From the NCBI GenBank assembly GCA_949358305.1, contig OX442314.1:3906001-3970000 (forward strand): DNA of 64,000 nucleotides, read 5' to 3'. The position numbers and the translations under genes were made by a program. The DNA is from Strigamia acuminata. Lineage: Eukaryota. The notes beneath the pieces were generated by a model, which had not been told where the DNA came from, did not search any database, and was given only the letters and a program-made list of their open reading frames with translations. This document shows positions 1 to 11,168 of the stretch, in pieces; the stretch's first letter is position 1; the number at the start of each line of letters is the position of its first letter.

Positions 1-1772
1 AGAGATTCCCCACTTTCTTAAATGGGTGTTTAGTTTGCATCCCCCTGCAGTATGGTCATTTCTCCATCCTCCTGCAAAATCACAATCAACGGCTCACGTG
101 TGTTGGAATCCACCCTAATGGTGGGCCTAATGTGATAGCTTGTACCGTCGCTTCACCTCCCAATAATGGAGAAGAGAACACAAACACGATGCGGACATTA
201 AAATCGTCCCCATCAAGCCACAATTCCCCCTCTCAATCCACAAACAAGGCAGTTCAACTATCCAAACCACAGCATGGAAAACCACTCGAAAATGGTGTCT
301 TGTCTTGTGTTGAGGCGATCACTATGGTTTTGTCGCCAGTCTTCGTCACCAGGTTCCATGGAGGGAAACTATTGTTCTTTTTCTCACTATTTTCGTTTTT
401 CGATATTCCTCCTCCATTTTCTAACCGTTTCTAGACCAAATTCTGTCCAGAATTCGTTTTTTGTACTCATCCAGATCGACTTCCGCTACTGGAGTATATA
501 TTTTGTGCGTTTTTCATATCTTGGTTCCGAAGTTCGCTACCAGATGGCGTTTGGGCTTGTTGTAAACGAGCAAATTCAACCAATGTTTTTCCCAATGCTC
601 CTCTCGGTCTTTGCACAGTTTTAGTCGTTTCCTGAATGCTTTTCAACTCTTTCCAGGTCATTCTTCCCCTTTTAACACTCTCCTGTGTTTTGTTTGCTGA
701 AGTTTCGACTGGAATCCTCTCTTCTCAGCGCTTTTTGCCTTCGGAGCTTCACAACTCCGTCACCATTTGGCGCTCTTTATTTGTATTAATGCAAGAGTTG
801 GTTCATTAATTTCTCTCTTGATTTCATCAGCATTTCGTGTTTTTTCACAGGAATATCAGCTGTCACACATACACATACACATTGCGGATTAAATGTTGAT
901 CAGAGGAGATCAATGAATCTCTTTTGCCAAATTTTTCTAAGTTAAAACATTTTTCTTGCAAAGGCTCTAATTTTATCTTTATTTTTTCTTCGTTAGCCAT
1001 CTTGTTTTCTTTTGAAATTGGTCACTTTTACCTCAATTTTGTGTATTTTACTTCAATCCTTCTTGTTTATTATTTCCATAATTTTCAAAACTGGTTGTTT
1101 TTGTGACAGCCATCTTGGTCCGCCATTTTGTTTTTTCCCGAGACACTTGGATTTCATTATTTCTTTCCTTTTTATGTGTCACAACGTTTATCTGTTTCTT
1201 ACCTGGAATTTCATTTTATTATGATTTTTTGGCGGCCATCTTTGATCCGCCATTTTGAATTTTCATTATTTATGTTTTTGCTTTATTTTTCTTTATTTAT
1301 CCATTTCTCCTGTCGAAGTGATCCACCTGAGGTTATTTTATGACCCTCCATGTCGCTCTTTTTCGGCGACCATTTTGAATTCTTTTTTACTATTAGAATT
1401 TCCCTTCTCTTTCGGGAATTTTCTTTGATTCCTTCATTTTTCTTTATTTGTTCATTTCTTTTACATGACTCTAATTATTTAACCCCCCTCGGCAGCCATT
1501 TTTGGTCTGCCATTTTGTTTTTCTCAAAAACCTTCAAATTTCGTCATTTTTCTCTGTTTTTGTAAATTCTTGTTTAAACCTTAATTCAATTTCTTTAGTG
1601 ATTTTTGCCTCCCCCTAAGCTTGTTTCGTACTTCTTTTGTTAGTCTTAAGACCTAATTTGTTATCACTTACTTTAAACCGTATTGTATTTGTTTTTATCC
1701 TTATGGGTTTTCTATTTTCAGTTAAAATTGTTATAAATTATCCCCCCTATTAATCCTTTCATCGTTTCCTCT

Positions 1773-3905
1773 TTAATTTCCGCTTTCTAGCCTACCATAG
1801 TCAGCACCTGTCTTTCCACTTTTTCCAGTGCCACTCACAAACTGTTTTTCGACCTCTGAGCAGTCTTCTGTTTCTTCGATTGTAGCTTTTTCTGCTGTTT
1901 TCCTGCTTCTCGTTTTAGCCAACTTTATTTTCTTTTTCAGCAGGCTTTTTTGTTGGGGTCCTTCCCTAATCTCTTCCCATTTTTTGTCATTCATTAAAGG
2001 TACATTATGTTGTGATAGTGAACCCATTTCAGACTTTTCTTGTCTTGTTTTTCTCTGTCCTTTTAGGACCGTGGAGGTTGTCAAGTTGTTAATCTCAACT
2101 TCCTTCCTACCTTGTTCTGAAAATCTGTCATTGCCTTTGCTTTTAACCTGTTCAATTTTGTGAACTAGATTCTTAATTAGGGGTTTCCTGTTATTAGGAA
2201 GTCTCTTTAGGGCTTCCATGGTTGTCAAGCTGTTTATTTCAGCTTCAAACTTTCTCCAACCCGGTCCTGAAAATTTGTCACTGAATTTTCCTTTTCTCTG
2301 CTCAATTTTATTAACTCGCTTCTTTTGTTGGGATTGCCTGTTATTAGGTAATTCCGGTAGGGCAGTAGGTCGTCCCTTAAGGGCGAGAGCGTCCTCTCGG
2401 TATTCCCTTTTTATGTGATCACTAATTTTCCCATTCCTTTTCTCATTTCGTTTCTCATCTTGCCGTCGAATTATCTTTTGTATTTGTTCGATATTCGTTT
2501 GGTCACTTAAGGTGTCGGTTTTCTTTTCTTCGCCCTTATCACTATTTGCTGGTTCATTTTCCTCAGTCAAACTTTTCTTGTCAAACATTTCGTACGAATC
2601 CTCATTGTAACAAAGTGGCATCTTCCCCCTTGAATTTGGATGGTAAAGATAATCCATTTGTTCTTTGCTAGCTTTTACATATGTTCTGTTGGGTGGTTGG
2701 TTTTTTCCAAGCCACATCCAATTACTTGTGGGTTGATCGACAGTTTGTAGATCTATGTCAGACCCTGCCCCATCCTCACCCAAATCTTCTGCTGGTTTCT
2801 CATCTATGTGTTTGACCTGCTCCGAAGGGGAGGTTGTATCAGTATCATTATTTATGTGTATCACCGACACTCGGTGGCTGCTAGTGACGACTTTGCAATC
2901 TAAATCAGAGTCGGAGTCGTAAGCTCCAATATTCCTAACCCTTTCTCCCCTTACGTCCCAAGCCTTGTGCACAGGTTCAGGACGCAAATGGGGGTTTCTA
3001 AACCAACATGCGTTGGCGGTATGCCCCGATTTCTTCCAGTAGTCACAAGTCGCATATGTCTGTGGGTTTTGACAATCCCAAGACAAATGGCCACTCTCTC
3101 CACACCGATAGCATATCATTCCCATCTGAGAACCTGAGTCTGTACCCACAACATTTTCTCTACAATCTTGAGCCATGTGCCCCATTTTTCCACAGCTGAA
3201 ACAAGCCCCCCGCTGGTCTCGTGGTTCAGCCCCTCCTTGCAACGCTCTGATCTGTTGTTTCAATTCTTGAATTTGCTTCAACAGATGTTTGTGAGTTTTC
3301 TCTTTTTCTTTTTTCCCTTCTCCAACTGCCCCTAATGTACTGATGGGTTTAATAGTCCCACTTGAAATTTCGTTCACCTCCTCCTGGCAAGCCTCATCAA
3401 CAGCTGTTTGATAGCTAGCTGGGTTGGAAGTCAATAATAATCGTTTAATCCGTGCATTTAACCCTGACACGAATTGTGTTTTCTTTAAAACTGGTAATGC
3501 AGCTTTAACTAATAAGTCGCCTTCAGCCATATCATCTGCTAGCCGTGATAATCTTGTTGCAAACTCTGTGACAGACTCGTCACTTTTCTGCACACAGGAA
3601 TTAAAGGCGATACCCAACTGAACTGGGTTTGATTTGGGCTCAAAGTAAGCCAAGAGCTCCTTTTTAAATAGATCCCAATCTCCAGTGGTGTTCACTGCAT
3701 TGTTGGTGGACAGAAAATCCAGGGCTCTATCTCGGCACCTAGCGCGACCCACAATGCATTGGGTCGCTGGATCCCATCCCATTTTCTTTCCTACAAGCTC
3801 CACTTGGGCCAGGAATGCGCCCACTTTGGCCTGCTTGTGGTCACCCGAAAAAAGAGCAACCAAATTCACATTTACACTCGCAGCTGCTGCTACTGGTTGT
3901 GCCAT
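1773..3905 (-). CDS. gag: Gag-like protein, 710 aa, with long K/E/Q-rich C-terminal extension
   Basis: Capsid-like motif QKSDESVTEFATRL; knuckles CFSCGKMGHMAQDC, CYRCGESGHLSWDC and degenerate CDYWKKSGHTANAC. Confidence 0.9.
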   Translation of the reverse strand: MAQPVAAAASVNVNLVALFSGDHKQAKVGAFLAQVELVGKKMGWDPATQCIVGRARCRDRALDFLSTNNAVNTTGDWDLFKKELLAYFEPKSNPVQLGIAFNSCVQKSDESVTEFATRLSRLADDMAEGDLLVKAALPVLKKTQFVSGLNARIKRLLLTSNPASYQTAVDEACQEEVNEISSGTIKPISTLGAVGEGKKEKEKTHKHLLKQIQELKQQIRALQGGAEPRDQRGACFSCGKMGHMAQDCRENVVGTDSGSQMGMICYRCGESGHLSWDCQNPQTYATCDYWKKSGHTANACWFRNPHLRPEPVHKAWDVRGERVRNIGAYDSDSDLDCKVVTSSHRVSVIHINNDTDTTSPSEQVKHIDEKPAEDLGEDGAGSDIDLQTVDQPTSNWMWLGKNQPPNRTYVKASKEQMDYLYHPNSRGKMPLCYNEDSYEMFDKKSLTEENEPANSDKGEEKKTDTLSDQTNIEQIQKIIRRQDEKRNEKRNGKISDHIKREYREDALALKGRPTALPELPNNRQSQQKKRVNKIEQRKGKFSDKFSGPGWRKFEAEINSLTTMEALKRLPNNRKPLIKNLVHKIEQVKSKGNDRFSEQGRKEVEINNLTTSTVLKGQRKTRQEKSEMGSLSQHNVPLMNDKKWEEIREGPQQKSLLKKKIKLAKTRSRKTAEKATIEETEDCSEVEKQFVSGTGKSGKTGADYGRLESGN

Positions 3906-4099
3906 TCTTTAAATGAGCCCTTTAACAATCCTAAACCTCTTCACCCAACAATTCTAACAATACCCTTACCTAATCTCTTAGTCTCTATCACACACGTCTC
4001 TTTTTTAGCACTCAAAAATTCCAAAAAAAAATTTTTTTTTTTTTTTTGCAAAAATTCAACTTAACTAATTTCTAATTAATCCCTATTAATTCTAATGAA

Positions 4100-4116
4100 T
4101 CCTGTCAAGCTCGCCA
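4100..4116 (-). promoter_or_regulatory. Primer binding site, tRNA-Arg(ACG)-like
   Basis: TGGCGAGCTTGACAGGA resembles the tRNA-Arg PBS TGGCGAGCCAGCCAGGA and abuts the LTR end. Confidence 0.7.
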
Positions 4117-4119
4117 GAA

Positions 4120-6190
4120 TGTCGTGGTGAGCCTATGAAATAATGAGTTATAAGCTACTGACCTTTTAAGTTCCCCAGGTTCTTCTTATCCAATTTTTGG
4201 TGTTGGATGAAAACTAAATTCTACAAGTGCTTGACGTGTGTTGTGAGGTAAAAATATGAGACTATTTCCTAACCTAATTGATATTTTTAATTGGTCTTTA
4301 AAACCCCCAAAAATTACAATAAAAACAATGGTTCCCTTTGCAATCCTAAAAAACACTTTAACTTTTCCACCACCACCAATCCTAAGAAAACCAATCACCA
4401 ATCAAGAAAACAATAGAAACAATGAAAGTAAATACATCAAAATCAAAACGTGTCTACAAACTGTGTCTGGCCTGGATGTCTTGTCGGTCACTGAACTGAG
4501 TCCCTGTAGGTGTGGTTAGTGGTCGGCCTCCCTCTCCGCTGTAGATCTTATCTCGTCAAGGTTTTCTCGCCCACTTGTGAAAACTGTCAAATGGCTCCTT
4601 GTTTTGGGGTTGCCTCTCAACCCTCTCCTCCTGTTGGTCCCTCTGGCACCGCTGGGCAGCCTCCCAATCACTGTGGTGGATATCTTAGTGGCTTACTGCT
4701 CTCATTCAGATGGGTTTCAGTCAATCGGGTATTTTGTGGTTGTTGGATGAAGCACCGGACTACGTGCAGGTTTCTTTCAGATGGCTGCGGTCTGCTTCCA
4801 GCCAACTGTGAGGCTTAGTTCTACTTGCACTCAACCAACTCGTAAGGGGTTAGGCAACAGTCACCAAGCGCTCCCTGTACACGAGTGCCTTTTCAAAATG
4901 TCTAGGTTTACCACATCACCTCGGATACCCGCCTACTGATTATCTATTTCGTCCACTCATAACTGCCTTTTAATATAGCCTCAGGGTTTTCCAGCACTCA
5001 GGTCACCCGTCAGTTTTCTTCTTATTAATGGGGCCTTGTCACGGAATTTCACATTGTTTATCGTCTTTCTCTTTAGATTTCCTCAGGCACTTTCATTGTC
5101 TTTCATCCACCAAACCAGACAACAAAGGACATTCCTTTAGCAAAACACATAATATTTCCTACTAATAAATCAAGAACATATTATTATGAATGTTTAGAGA
5201 CACTTTTATCATCTGATTAAGAGTATTTAGTTATCAATACATTTAACAATTTTTTACTTCATAATTGAAACACAATGATTAGAAGAAGAGAAAGAGTTAA
5301 AGAATTAAGACTCCATCACCAAATCCAAAACACTTAATATCTTCCATTCCACAAATCAAATATTTAATTGTAAAACATTCAATATTTTCCACTCTACAAT
5401 TCTAGATTATTTCACCATTAATACATTCAACCCAATTCACCTTACAATTGAAAACACTTCATGTTCAACACATTTCATCTTACAATTGAAAACACTTCAT
5501 GTTCAACACATTTCATCTTATAATTGAAAACACTTCATATTCAATACATTTACTATTTTCTTACATTTCACAATCAAAATACAAAGATTTAAAGAGGAAA
5601 GGTCAGAGAAATAAAGTCCATCACCAGTTCCAATATCCATTAAATTCCACAATCCAATATCTACTAATTTTCTAAATCAATTGTTTATTCAATTCTCAAA
5701 TCAATTATTTATTAAACATCCAAATCAATTGTTTATTAATTCCTTAATTCAATTATCTATTTACCAGAGCCCCAAATCAATTATTCATTAAACATCTAAA
5801 TCAATTGTTTACTAAATTCCCAATTTAATTATCTGTTTACTAGATTTCCAAATCAACTATTTATTAAGTTCCTAAATTAATTATTCATAATTTCCCAAAC
5901 TGATTACTTATTTATTGGGTTCCCAAATCAAACCATTTATTTATTTTCTTTGTTCAAGGTTCTTCACTCCTTATTTTGTGTCTCAGAGGGGGGAGTAACT
6001 AATGAGGTCGTTCCTACTCAAGCCTCAGCTTCCCCCTATGGTAGTCTATGCCCCTAGGCCTTGTCTGCTGCTCAAATGAGTGTCTTCACTGGGACACTCC
6101 TTTACCCAACCCCTGTCTAATGAGTACAGTGGTTTATTTAGATCTTTAACCCTTTGATTATTATTTTTATTCGCTGTCGCACCTGCGACA
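4120..6190 (-). repeat. Long (~2.07 kb) 5' LTR with internal tandem repeats
   Basis: Termini tgtcg...cgaca; PBS 3 nt downstream; ~38-bp unit (cttacaattgaaaacacttcatgttcaacacatttcat) x3 at ~5441-5550. The second LTR is outside the window. Confidence 0.7.
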
Positions 6191-9100
6191 CTCACTCCGT
6201 TTCCAACTGCAACTGCAAAAATCAAATTTAAAAAAACAACACTTTATTTATTATTATTTTTTACAATATATTTACCATAATTACCAGTATAATGAAGTAA
6301 ATTAGCGTTCGATTGATTTTGCTGGATCACGCCGTTGTTGACGCTGCTGCCGCTGCTTTCCTTGACGCTTTCGCCAACCTTGAGAAAAACTTCTTCCATC
6401 GTGGTGACGCAAATGCCGAAGTTATTCATGCCGAGTTTTGGCGCGTTTGATTCGAGGTGCTTAAACATGTCGGCGAATGTGTTCGAGGATTCCGAAGGAA
6501 GGATGAGACTTAGTTCGGTCGCGTTGTCGGATTTGATCACGACTCCCGGAACGTGTTGCTGCACCAACGCGCAAATGCGGTTTACATCGCAATGGTCGGC
6601 TTTGCTGATATTCAAATGGTATCCGGCACCTAGAAATTAATCGTTTGGAAAATGTAATGGCATTTTTAAACGTGTGCTAAATAAACATGGAAAACCATTG
6701 AAAAGTACTGAATAAATGTTGACAAATGTTGAATAAATATCGAAGTGTGTTGGATAAATTTTGAGAAATGAAAAATAAATGGTGGGAAACGTAGAATAAA
6801 CGTTAAGAAACATTGGAAAGCATTGGAAAACATTGAAAAAACATTGAAAACGTTTGAAAATATTGAAAAACATTGATAAAACATTGAAAAACATAGATAA
6901 AACATTGAAAAAACATTGAAAACGTTGGAAAATATTGAAAATCATTAATAAGACATTGAAAACGTTAGAAAATACTAAAAAACATTGATAAAACATTGAA
7001 AAAACATTAAAAACGTTGGAAAACATTGGAAAACATTGAAAAAACATTGGATAACATTGAAAAAACATTGGAAAACATTGAAAAAACATTGAAAAAGTTG
7101 GAAAAACATTGGAAAACATTGAAAAAACATTGAAAACGTTGGAAAATATTGAAAAAACATTGAAAACGTTGGAAAATATTGAAAATCATTAATAAAACAT
7201 TGAAAAAACATTGATAACATTGGGAAACATTGAAAAAACATTAAAAAACATTGAAAAAACATTGAAAAACATTGAAAAAACATTGAAAAACATTGAAAAA
7301 ACATTGATAAAACATTGGAAAAACATTGGAAAACATTGAAAAACATTGGAAAACATTGAAAAAACATTGGAAAACATTGAAAAAACATTGGAAAACATTG
7401 AAAAAACATTGATAAAACATTAATAACGTTGGGAAATATTGAAAATCATTAATAAAACATTGAAAAAACATTGATAACATTGGGAAACATTGAAAAAACA
7501 TTGGAAAACATTGAAAAAACATTTGAAAACATTGAAAAAACATTGATAAAACATTGAAAAAACATTGAAAAGATTAAATAAGCAAAATTACCGTATCTTT
7601 TCTTCAAAAACAACGGAGAACCGCAACACTCAATCTGCCCTCGTGCCATAATAGCGATCCTATCGCCCAGCACATCGGCCTCTTCCATAAAATGCGTGCT
7701 CAAAATAATGCACCGATCCTTCCTCGCTTCCTGCAGCAACTCCCAGATGGCTCTCCTCGCTTCCGGGTCCATCCCCGACGTCGGTTCATCCAACATAACT
7801 ATCTAAAAACCCAAAAAAAAAATCATTCCCAAACTAAAACACAAACAAAACCGAAAATACTTTTGGATTTCCAATCAGAGCGATTCCCAAATTCAACTTC
7901 CGCTTCATTCCGCCGGACAACTGCATGGCAAGCGTGTTCCTCTTGTCCCACAGCTGCAGTTTGTGCATCAGGTTTGTCACTTCCGTGTTGAGTTTCTTGG
8001 CCGAATTGATCTTGAGTTGTCCGAAAAACTTGAGGTGTTCGACCACCGTGAGCGTGCTGAACAGCATGTTGTGTTGGGGACACAGGCCGAGGTTCTCGCG
8101 AGCGAAGTCGATGTTGGTTCGTATGTCGTATCCGTTCACGATGGCCGTTCCGCTCGTGGGGGGGAACATTCCCGTCAGAATGGACATCGTGGTGGTTTTC
8201 CCGGCGCCGTTGTGACCGAGTAGAGCCGTTATTTGGCCCTCGTAGATGTTGAGACTCAAATTGTCCACGGCTGTTTTTCCTTTACCGTAATTCTGGGGAT
8301 GAGAAAAATTAATTTGGAAAATCAGTTTAAATATTTATGTTTCATGTTTTATATGCAAAAAAAAGTGGAAAACGCACTTTTTAGGCACGAAATGACTGCA
8401 AAAGTGGAAAAATCACTTTTTAGACGTAGAAATTAAATTTTTTTTAACCTGAAAATTTATTTTTAAGCAATAAATTCACTTTTCAGACGCTTAAATTTAA
8501 TTTTTACGTGCAAAAAACCAAATACTTAAACAAAAATCAACTTTTTCCCATAAAAATGGCATATTTCGCGTAGAAAAATTCACTTTTAGACACATAATCG
8601 ACCCTTTTACACCCAAAACCAAACTTTCCATGTGAAAATAAAATTACTTTAGTTAAATTTCTTATTGCAATAGCCGTATCGAGACCGCTCGGTTCCTTTT
8701 CAAAGTTCATCGAGTTTAAATTATCAACGTCACCTTCTTCCGAATGCATCTGTTCGATTCTGCACCAATAATCCTTCTGCAAAAAAAATAAATAAATAAA
8801 ATAAAAATAATATAAATAACTTTTCTCAAAAATAATTACCGTGAATAAAAAATACCAAGGTTTTCCAACCCCGTAAATCCCAGGAAACACATTGTCCAAA
8901 TACCACGTTAAACCGCCATAGAGAAAAATATCGATAATAAACATCATAATTATATACGCCATCGTTAGATCGTCGCCTTGGTAACTCGGTTCGTTTAAAT
9001 TAGTCCAATTAATCCCGATACCTGCAATTATCGATTCGTTTATTCAATAAAACCTAATTAAACTGAATTAAATTAAAACAACTCACTTCGGCCTTCGAAA

Positions 9101-10278
9101 GCGACGATAAAGCGAACCGCCCACGCCATCGCCATGTTTGGGAAAATGGCGACGAGCAGTTTCGATGAAACATTCAAATCGTGGTAGCTTCGAGACATTA
9201 AATTGAACGGGATGGAGAAGGTGAGCACCCAGGCGAGCACCCCGATGGCCGTGGCGATCGTGGCTGTGAAAATTAATTTTAATTTTAATTGTAATTTTGA
9301 TTTTATTTAGATTTTATTCCGCGTACGTTTTGAAAAGAAGCAGGAAATGAAGAAACAAAAGAAAATGGCGCTCGTGATGTATAAAACGAAAATAAATAAT
9401 ATTAATTCGGGAGATGAGTAAGATAGGACCGAGTATTCTTGCAGTTTGGAACACAAAAAGAAGACGATTATAATAGAGCTGATTAGCATCATGACGAATG
9501 AACTAATGAACCAGCCGATCCATTGCAGCCAGCCGGGTAGACCCATCAGTTTCATTAATTCCTGAAACATTAAATTCGACATTTTTAGTATTTTTCAGAT
9601 TTTGAAAATTTAAAATTGAAAAGAAAAAAATTTAAAAAAAAAAAAACGGAATTTATTCAATTGTGTTGACTCAATGTTTTGATTAAAACGAGTCATTAAT
9701 AAAGATAAGCAACTGTTGATAGATGAAGGAGATAAAACAAACTGTAATAGTCTTTTATAAACGAAGTTCTGATAAAATTAAATCAGAATTTCATTTGTTT
9801 TTGTTATTTTTCAATTTTTTTTCGTTTATTTTCAATTTTTTTCAATTTTTTCTCTCCCTAAAAATGATAATTTAATTTATTTCGTAAATAAATAACCTAT
9901 CACCTTAACACCCATTTCCTTTTCCCCCACAATGTATTTAATGAGCGTCGGCGAAATAAAGACGAAACTGAGAACGAGAAAAAGCGGCAACGTATTCTGA
10001 AGAAAATCTGAAAAACAGTTATCCTTATAATAAGGTGGGTAGGGAAATTTTTGCGTCGTTATCTAAAAAACAAAAAATAAAATAAATAAATATATCTTTT
10101 TTAAAATTTTTTAACTATTTACCTCGAATTGAGACGAATCAAAGCTGCTAGAAGTTAATTCCATAAACCGTAAAGCGATATTATGTTGTAGAATCATAAA
10201 CGTTTCGTAATAACTTTTAAAAAAATATATAAATTATAAAATTTTAAAAATTTTAAATCCAAATTTCTCTTACTGAAA
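6191..10278 (-). pseudogene. 5'-truncated duplicate of the ABCA gene (TMD1 and NBD1 exons), disrupted by LTR insertion
   Basis: Near-identical to 28666-32992 including introns. Lacks coding exon 1 and all but the last 5 nt of exon 2. The exon [14 protein letters not shown] is cut at 6190. Confidence 0.9.
6800..7570. repeat. Intronic minisatellite (aaaacattg, 10-11-bp units)
   Basis: Visible tandem array, apparently the same as 29275-30045. Confidence 0.95.
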
Positions 10279-10445
10279 TTCTTTCAATTCTTTCTCTTTT
10301 AATTCCAACTTACTGCCTGTAATTGGTTGCAATACACCGCAGACTAGCAAAAACTGCAAAATCTTCTAAAATCTTCACAAAAATCTCTCAAAATCGACAA
10401 AAACCATCCAAAAATCTCGAAAAACCTCCCAGAACCTATAAAGAT

Positions 10446-11076
10446 TGTGGTGATTCGGCATCACCTGAAGAAGTAATTAGCGGTGATTATTGTGTTACTA
10501 ATACTCGCCACTAGAGCGCGCTAGAAATACCGACTAGACTGACTAGTCTCGTGTTTCTGCGAACCTGCATAATCGGAAGGATTTGCATATGACGTCATTT
10601 CCGGTTAGTATATAACGCCGATACTTGACCGGAAACGACACTACAGTTACCACATTTCAGCAAGAGCACCATTTACCTCACCTTTCAGGCCGTTTCACGG
10701 ATTGATCGAGGACCGGTGCCCGCTGACCATCTCAACTGTACAACAGCCACATTTATTTAGCGTAGCCAATCTACGCTAGAATAAATATTCGAACGATATT
10801 CGTTTAATTCGCACGAGAAAGCGAATTCTCGCGTGTTCATAATAACACGTGGAAATACCCTAGACAACAAACATAGACCACGCGTAGGACTAAACAATTG
10901 GATCCGCCATTGTTTAGCGGCAACTCGTATTCGCAGCCGAATCCGAGGACCAACACAGGAAACATCTTGACTTATATTTGTATTAGTAAGCGTGTTTTAA
11001 TAAAGCAGTATTTGAAATATATTGTATTCCCGAGTGTATTATTTATTATCTTTAACCACAAAGTCGAATCACGACA
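10446..11076 (+). repeat. 5' LTR
   Basis: Repeat of 17265-17895; ATTTGCAT (10581), TGACGTCA (10590), TATATAA (10609), AATAAA (10999). Confidence 0.95.
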
Positions 11077-11078
11077 CG

Positions 11079-11096
11079 TGGGGGCCTGTCCGGGAT
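11079..11096 (+). promoter_or_regulatory. Primer binding site, tRNA-Pro
   Basis: TGGGGGCCTGTCCGGGAT versus canonical TGGGGGCTCGTCCGGGAT, 2 nt after the LTR. Confidence 0.9.
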
Positions 11097-11168
11097 AGAT
11101 TTGCTAACCTTAAGACAATACTTTAAATAATAACCGGGATCTTTCGATCGATCATTATATCGTAAGAA

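Larger units (their letters stand above)
1..6190 (-). mobile_element. Ty3/gypsy-like LTR retrotransposon (5' LTR + gag; runs off the left edge), inserted in an exon of the ABCA duplicate
   Basis: Minus-strand order is LTR (TGTCG...CGACA, 6190->4120), PBS TGGCGAGCTTGACAGGA (4116->4100), then gag. At 6191 the sequence switches abruptly to ABCA exon sequence identical to 28666 onward. Confidence 0.85.

Noticed and set aside
3130..3145. DSG motif in the left Gag as an aspartic protease site
   Set aside because: Sits between zinc knuckles without the hydrophobic context or downstream ILG.D motif.
6637..7543. Low-complexity ORFs (MFFQCF...), also at 27867-28511, 29112-30018, 34763-35430 and 35747-36583
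   Set aside because: Translations of intronic tandem repeats or MITE subrepeats.
6191..10278. ABCA duplicate as a pure assembly artefact
   Set aside because: It has its own SNPs, indels, unique junctions and TE insertion; reads are still needed to exclude it fully.
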